From a virus: a stretch of 36,271 nucleotides of DNA. The position numbers and the translations under genes were made by a program. Shown here in pieces: positions 18,206-26,333 of this stretch. The stretch lies in UHGV virus genome UHGV-0245185, one strand, 5' to 3'. How positions within the stretch are numbered: position 1 is the first letter of the stretch; each line of letters opens with the position of its first letter. The notes under the pieces were generated by a model. It had not been told where the DNA came from, did not search any database, and saw only the letters and a program-made list of their open reading frames with translations.

Positions 18206-18613
18206 TCACTCAATTTCAATTTTACTAAATATACAGAATAAGATGGAACAGACTATATAAGCACCACACACAGATTGAACTAATACCATTCCAAAGAACC
18301 AAACAATATTATCAAACAATGTCTGTTTTACGTCGAAAGGACGTAAACTTACAGTAATATTATCACCTTTTTCTATTGAAGAATACATCTCTGGGGAAAT
18401 ATATTCACTAAATCTATAACCGTCTTTTAGTTCATATACGGCAATAAACGATAAACTAGACCCTTTTCCTTGTGTTCCTGTAATGGTATTAACTACAGTA
18501 ACATCATAATCTTTATAATGCATATAATCATTAATTGCGTAATAACCATATGCAATTACTACACATAAACAACATATCAATAAATTCAATCTTTTAATTA
18601 TCAACTGTTTCAT
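18206..18613 (-). CDS. Membrane protein (135 aa; N-terminal and C-terminal hydrophobic segments)
   Basis: ORF track; ATG start; hydrophobic termini. Confidence 0.55.
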   Translation of the reverse strand: MKQLIIKRLNLLICCLCVVIAYGYYAINDYMHYKDYDVTVVNTITGTQGKGSSLSFIAVYELKDGYRFSEYISPEMYSSIEKGDNITVSLRPFDVKQTLFDNIVWFFGMVLVQSVCGAYIVCSILFCIFSKIEIE

Positions 18614-18668
18614 AATAATCTCAATTAAAAGGGCTTAGAACCATTATACCATCCTTGGTATAAAGCGG

Positions 18669-19196
18669 TTATGCGAGTACCGTCTTTAACCGTTCTTCAA
18701 ACTTCCGAAGAGTATTTTGGCGTTCAGCTCTTTGCTTTTTGTAAGTTTCAATACGCTCTGAAATGAGAGTGTATCGTTCATTTACTGATTCTTTCATAAA
18801 ATCAGGAATTTCACGAGAAGCTTTAATCTCGTCAAATTTATCAATAACAGCTTGCTCTTCAGCAATTAAGTTATCATACATTAAAATATCTTTCTTGATG
18901 AACTCAATATCTTCTTGAGTTACACGAGATAATTTAGATGCTTTATCCTTTTTGTACTGTTTGTTAGTATCACGAGACCAGTGTAATGTACGATTTTTAT
19001 TCGTATTTTTGTAAATTTCTACAATACCGATCTCATCAATAATAACAATCCAATTCCAACGTGATTTGTAAATTTGTCCTCCATCAACAGTGATTTCACC
19101 TCCGATTGAGATGTCATTAAAGAACTTGCTTTGTGCTTCAGATTTAAATTTACCATCGTTATAATTTACTAAGTTGAAAATATCTTTAGCGTTCAT
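18669..19196 (-). CDS. Hypothetical protein (175 aa)
   Basis: ORF track; ATG at 19196 preceded by GGAGGAACAG, which forms the 3' arm of the promoter hairpin. Confidence 0.55.
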   Translation of the reverse strand: MNAKDIFNLVNYNDGKFKSEAQSKFFNDISIGGEITVDGGQIYKSRWNWIVIIDEIGIVEIYKNTNKNRTLHWSRDTNKQYKKDKASKLSRVTQEDIEFIKKDILMYDNLIAEEQAVIDKFDEIKASREIPDFMKESVNERYTLISERIETYKKQRAERQNTLRKFEERLKTVLA

Positions 19197-19200
19197 TTTC

Positions 19201-19255
19201 TGTTCCTCCGTAGTTGATAGGGTAATAATACCACAGAGGAACAGTCTTGTAAACC
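19201..19255 (-). promoter_or_regulatory. Early promoter with SD-sequestering stem-loop
   Basis: Minus strand GTTTAC-AAGA-CTGTTCCTC-TGTGG-TATTAT-...-GAGGAACAG-GAAA-ATG. Perfect 9-bp inverted repeat (plus 19201-19209 / 19237-19245) flanks the -10; the 3' arm is the SD. Confidence 0.55.
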
Positions 19256-19256
19256 A

Positions 19257-19571
19257 CTAAAAGAAACTTCTTTCACAATTTTTTCCACTGAACCATGCAC
19301 TTACCGCTTTCTTGGTCTCAGGAGCAGTGTTATCCATAAACCATTCAAAGGCAGCCTTTTTATGATTCTGAAGGGCTTCTCGGGCTTTAATCTGCTCACG
19401 GTCTATTAACACTAACATATGAGCCTTTCTTGTCACCATGGGCTTCTTATGATTTTTTGAATACTCCCAGTCATTTGTCCATCGCATTGTCGTTGCGAAC
19501 TGAAATACTGCTTCTTTAATTTTAGTTTCGTAAATTTCACGAGCCTTTGAGTATAACATCATTACCTCCAT
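19257..19571 (-). CDS. Hypothetical protein (104 aa)
   Basis: ORF track; ATG start. Confidence 0.5.
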   Translation of the reverse strand: MEVMMLYSKAREIYETKIKEAVFQFATTMRWTNDWEYSKNHKKPMVTRKAHMLVLIDREQIKAREALQNHKKAAFEWFMDNTAPETKKAVSAWFSGKNCERSFF

Positions 19572-19660
19572 TCACCAGTTTAATTCTAGTCATCTTTTTA
19601 ATGGCAGTCCATATAATCTATTTCTGAACTGCCTTTTTGTCATAGAAGTCCTCTTATGAA

Positions 19661-20629
19661 TTATTTCAGAAGAGTAACCTCAGCAATTTCTTCCCAACCG
19701 TTTTTGTCGGTCATAATAAAGTCAGCAAGATAAAGAGCAGTACGCAGTGAAACATTGCGTAAACGATTAACATTAACTTTCATCCATGATAATGCTTTAT
19801 AAGTTTCTTCATCAGAAAGACCGCGCTTTTGCATCATGTCAGTTGAAAGAATAACATCTTCAACTCTGACCATAATTTCTTCATTAGTGTGAACACCTAA
19901 ATCCAAATAAACCGAGCGGGACACTAATGCTTGTAAATGTGGAGCAAGTTTAGTACCACGGTCTAATTCGCGGTCAATGTCAACGTTTGTGATAAAAACA
20001 ATCGTTCCTTTAAATTCAAACTCACGCTCAATGCCTTTTTCTTCTAAGTAAGAAGACGCAGTGCTCCAGCAGACTTTACGGGTCTCTCCAGTGTCCAGAG
20101 CGGCTTTTAGAAGATTAAGAATATCCATATCAGAGAAAACATCCACATCATCAATCAAAAGGACAGAATTCTCTTCACGATTATTCCAAAGCTGCTCATA
20201 AAGACCAATACCAGAGATTTTACCATTAATGCTTTTATATTCAATGTATCCAATATCATTTGCTTTATTCAAAGCTTTATCTAAAGAATACGTTTTACCA
20301 ATACCTGCTGCGCCAGAGATAATCAATGAACGAATATTTCCATTAATAATACCATTCGTCATCATTCCCATAACATTAAATCTTTTATTAATGCGGGTTT
20401 TCATATCTTCATACGATTCTTTAACTTCTTCAACTTTTACACCGTCATATGAAATATCTGATTTGTAAACCCAAACACCGCGACGTTTACCGTCAATTTC
20501 AACAAAAACTTTACCATCTCCTTGTGCATCTACCGGAGCATTATCTGGGAACCATTCGCCTAAAAGCTCAAAAGTTCCAGAGATTTCTTTACCGAAGTAG
20601 ATACCCTTATTGATAGTTACAGTTTTCAT
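19661..20629 (-). CDS. P-loop ATPase (AAA-like; Walker A GAAGIGKT, Walker B LLIDDVD)
   Basis: The track start at 20647 is GTG; the ATG at 20629 has SD GGAGAA. Occupies the T4 nrdC.10 position. Confidence 0.65.
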   Translation of the reverse strand: MKTVTINKGIYFGKEISGTFELLGEWFPDNAPVDAQGDGKVFVEIDGKRRGVWVYKSDISYDGVKVEEVKESYEDMKTRINKRFNVMGMMTNGIINGNIRSLIISGAAGIGKTYSLDKALNKANDIGYIEYKSINGKISGIGLYEQLWNNREENSVLLIDDVDVFSDMDILNLLKAALDTGETRKVCWSTASSYLEEKGIEREFEFKGTIVFITNVDIDRELDRGTKLAPHLQALVSRSVYLDLGVHTNEEIMVRVEDVILSTDMMQKRGLSDEETYKALSWMKVNVNRLRNVSLRTALYLADFIMTDKNGWEEIAEVTLLK

Positions 20630-20698
20630 TTTATTCTCCAATTTCACATTTGTTTTAATAGTGTAATAGTATCACACTACTACCCTACTGTAAACAAT

Positions 20699-20962
20699 TT
20701 ATTTTAATGTTTGCCAAATTTTTACTGCTTCGCGACGAGATACTTCTACAGCTCCAAGTTCTACGGCTTTTTGGCGTCGGCGAGCATGTAAGTCATAATG
20801 TTTAATGCGTTTATCTTGAAACCAAGAACGTTTCATTCCTATTGCTTCTGCCATTTTATGAAGCTCTTCAATATCTCCATCAGTGAACATATGACAATTT
20901 TTAGTTGGATGACCGCGAAGTTTCCATCCATGATTCATTAAAACATCTACGTAAACTGTCAT
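20699..20962 (-). CDS. Small conserved protein, DUF4031-like (HMFTD...ELH...IG...W...HYD pattern)
   Basis: ORF track, 87 aa; ATG overlaps the upstream stop (ATGA); motif pattern recognised from memory. Confidence 0.5.
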   Translation of the reverse strand: MTVYVDVLMNHGWKLRGHPTKNCHMFTDGDIEELHKMAEAIGMKRSWFQDKRIKHYDLHARRRQKAVELGAVEVSRREAVKIWQTLK

Positions 20963-21108
20963 TGATTCTGCTCCAAATATGTTTCTATAATTTTCTGAGC
21001 GAGATAAACTGCGTTATCTTCAGTTGCATCTTCTAAGAAATTTTCAAAATAAGCTGAAATTTCTTCTGTGTCAATCAACTTTTTTACTTCAATTAACGTA
21101 GTTTTCAT
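20959..21108 (-). CDS. Hypothetical small acidic protein (49 aa)
   Basis: Internal ATG at 21108 of track ORF 20959..21228; the longer track N-terminus runs across the promoter and terminator, so it is not coding. RBS GGGGAATAAA. Confidence 0.45.
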   Translation of the reverse strand: MKTTLIEVKKLIDTEEISAYFENFLEDATEDNAVYLAQKIIETYLEQNQ

Positions 21109-21142
21109 TTTATTCCCCAAATCCGTATCAGTTGATAGTTGT

Positions 21143-21172
21143 ATAGTACCATAAAGCTTTATGCTTGTAAAC
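21143..21172 (-). promoter_or_regulatory. T4-type early promoter (GTTTAC, 18 nt, TACTAT)
   Basis: Minus strand AAAAATTTTTTCACAAAACGGTTTAC-AAGCATAAAGCTTTATGG-TACTAT-ACAACTATCAACT; the same flanking consensus recurs near 35760-35810. Confidence 0.55.
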
Positions 21173-21196
21173 CGTTTTGTGAAAAAATTTTTGAAA

Positions 21197-21222
21197 TAAA
21201 AAAAGGGAGCCCGAAGGCTCCC
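21197..21222 (-). terminator. Intrinsic terminator closing the nucleotidyltransferase operon
   Basis: Minus strand GGGAGCC-TTCG-GGCTCCC followed by TTTTTTT, 3 nt after the 337-aa ORF stop. Confidence 0.75.
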
Positions 21223-21224
21223 TA

Positions 21225-22238
21225 TCATTTATAATAACTTCGGTGGTTTTCAAGATAAACTCTCTCAAGGAAGTCATCCCAGAAACCCATGTCTACTTTT
21301 TGCTGCATACCGTTCTTAGAAGCTTCAATGGATGCTGCTTCTACCTGATCGACAACATCTTCCAAAAACTCTTGAACCGTTTTAAATGGATGTTTACCCA
21401 GCTTCACGTCGAGAATAAATGGAGCGTCTTGAAGTGGATAGACTAAGTCACCAGTTTTGTAAATTTCCAATAGTTGGAGTCCACCGCGACAAGCATGACT
21501 CAGAGCTTTCCAGTCAATACCTTCATTGGCTTCGGCCTTACGAGCACGCTCGCCATATTCGGAATCAAGTTTATTCAAAGATTGCTTAAGTTCAATAAGA
21601 GAAAGTGTTGTCTGATATTTACGACCCAGCACAGTGTAGAACGTTTGTGGGCCTGTTTTCTCATGATTATGGAATACCCATTCACAGAACTCGTTTTCAG
21701 GGAGTCTGTGTTTGATATCTTCTACCTTAGTACGACGAAGTCTATCAGGGATTCCTTCTTGGTAATCAACCCATTGCTCAGGGATTTGATTAACTACTTT
21801 CAATACATCACGTAATGCGGCCAAACGAGAACCCTTAACACCATATTTAGAAGCTTGCTTGCGAACATATCCTAAATAGGATTTCATGTTAGTCGTATAA
21901 AAACGAGAACGGTTGTCTTGAATAAACTTCCATACATCAGGCAAATCAGATTTAACTACTAGTTCCGGTGGAGTGTGGAGCATATCCAATGCTACAGTTT
22001 CACCATCTGCTGCTAATTTAAAGAAATACTTAAGACTGTATAGTTCATGGTCAATATCATCTTTAGTGTTTTTAGATGATGTGTTGTTAGTGTTTTTACT
22101 CATATGCTCTTTAACATTTCCGATAAGAATATCACGAGCAGGAGGAACAAAGATTTCTTTAAAATCTACATCAGATTCTGGAGTAGAAGTTCCATAAAGA
22201 TGACTACCAAAATAGCTTTTCATTACTGTTTTCATCAT
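21225..22238 (-). CDS. Nucleotidyltransferase-fold protein (Pol-beta superfamily GS...D.D motif), 337 aa
   Basis: N-terminus YFGSHLYGTSTPESDVDFKEIFV fits the hG[GS]-x9-13-[DE]h[DE]h nucleotidyltransferase signature, followed by a ~250-aa helical domain. ATG overlaps the upstream stop. Confidence 0.6.
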   Translation of the reverse strand: MMKTVMKSYFGSHLYGTSTPESDVDFKEIFVPPARDILIGNVKEHMSKNTNNTSSKNTKDDIDHELYSLKYFFKLAADGETVALDMLHTPPELVVKSDLPDVWKFIQDNRSRFYTTNMKSYLGYVRKQASKYGVKGSRLAALRDVLKVVNQIPEQWVDYQEGIPDRLRRTKVEDIKHRLPENEFCEWVFHNHEKTGPQTFYTVLGRKYQTTLSLIELKQSLNKLDSEYGERARKAEANEGIDWKALSHACRGGLQLLEIYKTGDLVYPLQDAPFILDVKLGKHPFKTVQEFLEDVVDQVEAASIEASKNGMQQKVDMGFWDDFLERVYLENHRSYYK

Positions 22239-22696
22239 TCAGCCTTATATTCAATAACAGGACACACTTTAGCTTTACGGGCTTTTAAAAATTCGACGAT
22301 AATAGATTTCTTGGGTTGAATATGAGGTAAACCTTTATACGCCCTATCAATATTTTCTACATGTAAAGCATAATCCTTTTTCCATTTATAATCTTTATAT
22401 TTTTCATGCAGTTGTGCAGGAATAACAAATGAACCAATAATAAGTAAAACAAGCAAAATGGCAAGTATAAATGCTGATGGAATAAGAGTCCATAAACTAC
22501 CAAAAATAAGCCATTTCTGTATGATTTCTGCACAGGTAATAGTTAGACCTGCGAGTATAGTACATCCGAAAAAAGAAACGAAAAATGTAGGGATAACAAT
22601 AGACCAAAAATATGCACAAAGTGTCTTAGGTCGTTTCCATTCGTCGTTAAACATTTTGAATAATTTATAATGCCAAGAGTTTTCATTAATAATCAT
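22235..22696 (-). CDS. Membrane protein (153 aa, about three transmembrane helices)
   Basis: ORF track; hydrophobic segments LCAYFWSIVIPTFFVSFFGCTILAGLTI and IPSAFILAILLVLLIIGSFVI. Confidence 0.55.
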   Translation of the reverse strand: MIINENSWHYKLFKMFNDEWKRPKTLCAYFWSIVIPTFFVSFFGCTILAGLTITCAEIIQKWLIFGSLWTLIPSAFILAILLVLLIIGSFVIPAQLHEKYKDYKWKKDYALHVENIDRAYKGLPHIQPKKSIIVEFLKARKAKVCPVIEYKAE

Positions 22697-22698
22697 AA

Positions 22699-23220
22699 TT
22701 ATCCTTTCATTGAAGGTGTAACAGTTGTTAAATACTTAATCATAGCTTCAGCTTCTGATTTTGATAATGAAATTTCTCCATTGTTTTGACGAATAGAAAT
22801 AAAATCCGGATGACGGTCACCACCAGCTTTTAAAACACACATATAAGTATCAGTTTCATCTTCAATATTTGAAATGATTGAAGCAGTTCCACATGAATGT
22901 GGTTTTTGATAAACTAATACAGCTTTTCTTCCACCGTTTGACTGTTCATAAACTTTTAATACACCAAACAAATCACTTCTTTTATCAATAGCTAAGATGT
23001 TGTTTTCATCTTCAATGTTAAATCCTTCGGATACTTCATAAAGTGTCACCCATAAATCACCAATATCAATAACAGCGTTCACTTTTCCATGACTTTCAAG
23101 AGCATTACAAATTTTCTTGATTTCATCATAACTCATTTTAATAATATCATCTCCTTGAATAAAGAAGATGTCATTTTTAAATTCAACGCGAATTAAACCA
23201 CTTTCACTTGAAATAAACAT
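22699..23220 (-). CDS. Hypothetical protein (173 aa), paralog of the 185-aa neighbour
   Basis: ORF track. Shares N-terminal SES and C-terminal ...SEAEAMIKYLTTVTPSM with ...DEAIALKTYLDSVIPTM of the neighbour. Confidence 0.55.
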   Translation of the reverse strand: MFISSESGLIRVEFKNDIFFIQGDDIIKMSYDEIKKICNALESHGKVNAVIDIGDLWVTLYEVSEGFNIEDENNILAIDKRSDLFGVLKVYEQSNGGRKAVLVYQKPHSCGTASIISNIEDETDTYMCVLKAGGDRHPDFISIRQNNGEISLSKSEAEAMIKYLTTVTPSMKG

Positions 23221-23226
23221 ATTTCC

Positions 23227-23784
23227 TCACTTTGAAATCATAGTTGGAATGACAGAATCAAGATAAGTCTTTAGCGCAATAGCTTCGTCTTTGGTAAATG
23301 TGACAATATGTGATCGAAAATCATCAATTTGACGAATAGTTAAGACATCTCCATCTTCATAACATTTTGATACATTTAAAACAGTTTCATCATTTTGATT
23401 GCAAGCGTTAGTAATAATAGCATTGCAATTTTTGAGCCATTTTAAACTATGTTTTCTTTCATTAGAATAATAAAAATATTTAATCTTATCTATAAAACTA
23501 TCCCAATGGATAACTGATAAACACATTGACTCACTTTTAATATTAAATCCTGGGCATGAAGAATAAAAATGAATTTTGTGCTCATCATTGATGCTTACTA
23601 TTTTATCAGTATAAGGATATTCAATTTGGGTTAAATGAATGATTTCACTAGGCGTAAAATATAGCATATCGTCTTCTTGTGTCAAACGATACATATTATT
23701 TACTTTTTCTATAGCTAATTCACCAAAAAGCAGACTAACTTCTAATACTAATCGTTTCATATTGATTCTCTTCGACTCACTCAC
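23227..23784 (-). CDS. Hypothetical protein (185 aa), paralog of the 173-aa neighbour
   Basis: ORF track; GTG start at 23784 supported by paralog alignment (MSES...), with an alternative ATG at 23760. Confidence 0.5.
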   Translation of the reverse strand: MSESKRINMKRLVLEVSLLFGELAIEKVNNMYRLTQEDDMLYFTPSEIIHLTQIEYPYTDKIVSINDEHKIHFYSSCPGFNIKSESMCLSVIHWDSFIDKIKYFYYSNERKHSLKWLKNCNAIITNACNQNDETVLNVSKCYEDGDVLTIRQIDDFRSHIVTFTKDEAIALKTYLDSVIPTMISK

Positions 23785-23919
23785 AATTACATACTCCTTT
23801 GAATAATATCAATAATGTTGTTCACCAGATTATAAGTAAACATTGGATAATTATATTGAATCATCACATACACAACAAACAAAACTTTCATTCTCTTCTC
23901 CTTGGCAGTTGACAAGATT

Positions 23920-23949
23920 ATTATATCATAACCTTGCCAACTTGTAAAC
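23920..23949 (-). promoter_or_regulatory. T4-type early promoter at the head of the nucleotidyltransferase operon
   Basis: Minus strand GGTTTAC-AAGTTGGCAAGGTTATGA-TATAAT, then AAGGAG and a 34-aa leader ORF (23787..23891). Confidence 0.6.
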
Positions 23950-24114
23950 CATTAAATGACGTTTTCAATAAAATTCTGAAGCTTTGTGTGAGCATCAACC
24001 ATGATTTTCATTTCTTCCTTTGCGAAAGCTGTACCTCTTTCCCTAGCAGAATACTCATAGTCAGAAACTGCATTAGCATATTCTTCAATTAGCTTCATTA
24101 AAAACATCTGCTTT

Positions 24115-24309
24115 TCAGTTTTCATTATTCCACCTAATCATTTCAAGATATTGAACTAACTTAGCTTTGGATTTATCCAAATCCTTTTTAGCTGCTTCTA
24201 TACCATCGTATGAGTATCCTTCACAATGCTCAACTGCTAATTGGTATGAATCTATTTCAATATCACGTGCTAATTTAATGATTTTTTCAAACTGTTCACT
24301 TGTCAGCAT
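24115..24309 (-). CDS. Hypothetical protein (64 aa)
   Basis: ORF track; ATG start. Confidence 0.45.
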   Translation of the reverse strand: MLTSEQFEKIIKLARDIEIDSYQLAVEHCEGYSYDGIEAAKKDLDKSKAKLVQYLEMIRWNNEN

Positions 24310-24311
24310 AC

Positions 24312-24515
24312 TTAAACTCTCGTATTATGATCGATAATTTCATCAAGAAACATATCTAAAGCTTCTACAGCATTATCAACTTTAGCTTCAAATTTTTCAA
24401 TACCTTTATTTGCAATGCCTGCCGAAAACCAAGCAAAGTCACTAAGTTCCTCATCTGCTTTGCGAATTAAAGCTACCAATTCTTTAATTTTATCTGCTTG
24501 TTCAATTCTAGTCAT
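24312..24515 (-). CDS. Hypothetical protein (67 aa from the internal ATG)
   Basis: Track 24312..24551; the ATG at 24515 overlaps the upstream stop by 1 nt (TAATG). Confidence 0.45.
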   Translation of the reverse strand: MTRIEQADKIKELVALIRKADEELSDFAWFSAGIANKGIEKFEAKVDNAVEALDMFLDEIIDHNTRV

Positions 24516-24703
24516 TATTCCACCACATATGAAAGAGAGAATATTGCACACGCCATATGAGTCGCAGCTTCATCACACATATCATAACGTTTCTTAAGAA
24601 GTTCTACAAGTTCTTCACTAGTAACTTCATCCATGTCGACGAAAAAATCACCATTAATGATGACGTAGATATTTCCTTCTTGATTGAGTGCTTCAATTTT
24701 CAT
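24515..24703 (-). CDS. Hypothetical acidic protein (62 aa)
   Basis: Track 24515..24748; the promoter -10 lies downstream of the track start, so the ATG at 24703 with SD AAGAGGAG is preferred. Confidence 0.5.
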   Translation of the reverse strand: MKIEALNQEGNIYVIINGDFFVDMDEVTSEELVELLKKRYDMCDEAATHMACAIFSLSYVVE

Positions 24704-24731
24704 GATGTTCTCCTCTTTATCCGATGGTTGT

Positions 24732-24761
24732 ATAGTATCACAGCTCAAATGGAAAGTAAAC
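24732..24761 (-). promoter_or_regulatory. T4-type early promoter (GTTTAC, 18 nt, TACTAT)
   Basis: Minus strand GTTTAC-TTTCCATTTGAGCTGTGA-TACTAT, directly downstream of the terminator. Confidence 0.55.
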
Positions 24762-24769
24762 CGGTAAAA

Positions 24770-24794
24770 TGAAAAAAGTCTCCCGAAGGAGACT
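24770..24794 (-). terminator. Intrinsic terminator after the rI.-1-position gene
   Basis: Minus strand AGTCTCC-TTCG-GGAGACT followed by TTTTTT. Confidence 0.75.
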
Positions 24795-24798
24795 AATG

Positions 24799-25185
24799 TT
24801 ATTCGAGGGAAAGAAGATATTTGCTCTGGTAAAACATCCCAGTAATATCATCTATCGTGCTTTGAATGGCTGGAGGCATTTCTTTATAAATGCTGTTAGA
24901 TTGGTCTAGTATGCGATCAATCATTTTAATTGTGTCGGTAGGAAGTTTACTGGCATCTGGAATAGAAGGCGTGTATTTTCTACCAGAATACCCCAAATAT
25001 TGCTCACCAAATTTATCAATCAAATCTGGCAACTCAGAGAAAATAAAATCGTATGCTTTGTGTCTAGCATAACTTTTAGTTTCAAAATGTGCAGAATGAA
25101 AATAAGCTTGTGCAGCCATTAATAAACCTAAGTATTCATCTGCCTTTGAAGGTTTTCCACTTTGTGAAAAGTCGCTGAATTTCAT
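24799..25185 (-). CDS. Hypothetical protein (128 aa; T4 rI.-1 position)
   Basis: ORF track; ATG overlaps the rI stop (ATGA). Confidence 0.55.
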   Translation of the reverse strand: MKFSDFSQSGKPSKADEYLGLLMAAQAYFHSAHFETKSYARHKAYDFIFSELPDLIDKFGEQYLGYSGRKYTPSIPDASKLPTDTIKMIDRILDQSNSIYKEMPPAIQSTIDDITGMFYQSKYLLSLE

Positions 25186-25475
25186 TCAGTCTCCAATTTA
25201 ATGTTCATAATTCTAGCGTATGATTGTGCCATCTCCGCGCCTCGCTCTATACATTCAAAATCGGAAGAGCACGGGTCATTTTTATAAGTCGTTCGCATAA
25301 AACTATAGAACTGTTCAGATGATTCTACGCTTTTATTTTCAAAAAGCATATAAACGTGTCTAATACCAGATTCCATAAATTTATCAAAATGAGGATCGAC
25401 ATTCGCTTCAATTGGTGGAGATAAAGCAAATGCTAATCCTAGCATGGCAAATAGTGCCGTTGCTTTTAAGGCCAT
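25182..25475 (-). CDS. rI: Lysis-inhibition regulator rI (periplasmic, signal-anchored)
   Basis: 97 aa MALKATALFAMLGLAFALSPPIEANVDPHFDKFMESGIRHVYMLFENK...; matches T4 rI as recalled. Confidence 0.9.
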   Translation of the reverse strand: MALKATALFAMLGLAFALSPPIEANVDPHFDKFMESGIRHVYMLFENKSVESSEQFYSFMRTTYKNDPCSSDFECIERGAEMAQSYARIMNIKLETE

Positions 25476-25487
25476 AAAGGCCTCCTA

Positions 25488-25700
25488 TCATTTTTGTCCT
25501 GTATTTACTTTATGCCGATGCACGGCCTTAACTTTATCAAGGTATTTTTCAAAATTTCGCAATCTAGTATAGTCTGCCGGAGATTGGTTGAGTGATACTT
25601 CTCGACGCAAAGCTGAAATGATATTTCCAACTTCCCTACGAATTTCATCTAATTGAAGAACAGTAAGATTGCGAAGTTGCTTTTCAGTTAATTGTAGCAT
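25488..25700 (-). CDS. Hypothetical protein (70 aa; rI.1 position)
   Basis: ORF track; ATG start 26 nt downstream of a late-promoter motif. Confidence 0.5.
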
Positions 25701-25725
25701 ATATACCCCTTTAGTTAGATAAACC

Positions 25726-25733
25726 TATTTATA
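25726..25733 (-). promoter_or_regulatory. Late promoter motif TATAAATA upstream of rI.1/rI
   Basis: Exact TATAAATA on the minus strand (plus tatttata), between the tk stop and the rI.1 start. Confidence 0.5.
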
Positions 25734-25742
25734 ACTTTTGCA

Positions 25743-26324
25743 CTAACCGAGCTTTTTAGTTAATTCATTCCAATGTTTTCTACACAAAGAAACATAAATT
25801 TCATCACCAATACAGATTTGATTACCTTCTTTAACTGGTGTTCCATCTTCCATTAATCGAGCTGTCATAATCGCTTTTTTACCACAATGACAAACTGCTT
25901 TTAGTTCAATAAGTTTATCTGCAATCGCCAAAAGTTCTTTAGAACCTTCAAATAATTTTCCAGCGAAATCAGTCCTTAGTCCATAAGCCATAACAGGAAC
26001 ATTATATGTATCAACAATTCGGCTTAATTGATGCACCTGTTCAGTTTTTAAAAACTGAGCTTCATCTACAAATACACAATGAATATCTTTTTGTGCTTCA
26101 GCCCATTTATAGAACTCAAAAATATCCATATCATCCGTAATAATATTCGCTTCCTGTTTAATTCCAATGCGAGAAACGACTTCACAAACAGAATCACGAG
26201 TATCAATAGCAGGCTTAAGAACTAATACACCCATTCCGCGTTCTTTATAATTATGCGCGGCAGTCAAAAGAGAAGCAGATTTTCCAGCATTCATTGCTGC
26301 ATAAGTAAAAATTAAACTCGCCAT
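25743..26324 (-). CDS. tk: Thymidine kinase
   Basis: 193 aa with P-loop AMNAGKS and C-terminal zinc-ribbon cysteines; matches T4 Tk as recalled. Confidence 0.92.
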   Translation of the reverse strand: MASLIFTYAAMNAGKSASLLTAAHNYKERGMGVLVLKPAIDTRDSVCEVVSRIGIKQEANIITDDMDIFEFYKWAEAQKDIHCVFVDEAQFLKTEQVHQLSRIVDTYNVPVMAYGLRTDFAGKLFEGSKELLAIADKLIELKAVCHCGKKAIMTARLMEDGTPVKEGNQICIGDEIYVSLCRKHWNELTKKLG

Positions 26325-26333
26325 ATCACCTTC

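Noticed and set aside
21243-22670. Plus-strand ORFs 21243..21446, 21474..21815, 21973..22197, 22104..22319, 22458..22670
   Set aside because: Antisense to the nucleotidyltransferase and membrane-protein genes; no initiation signals; every supported gene in the window is on the minus strand.
20959-24799. HNH homing endonuclease (mobD-like) expected from T4 gene order
   Set aside because: No ORF in this interval shows an HNH motif; the largest ORF has a nucleotidyltransferase signature instead.
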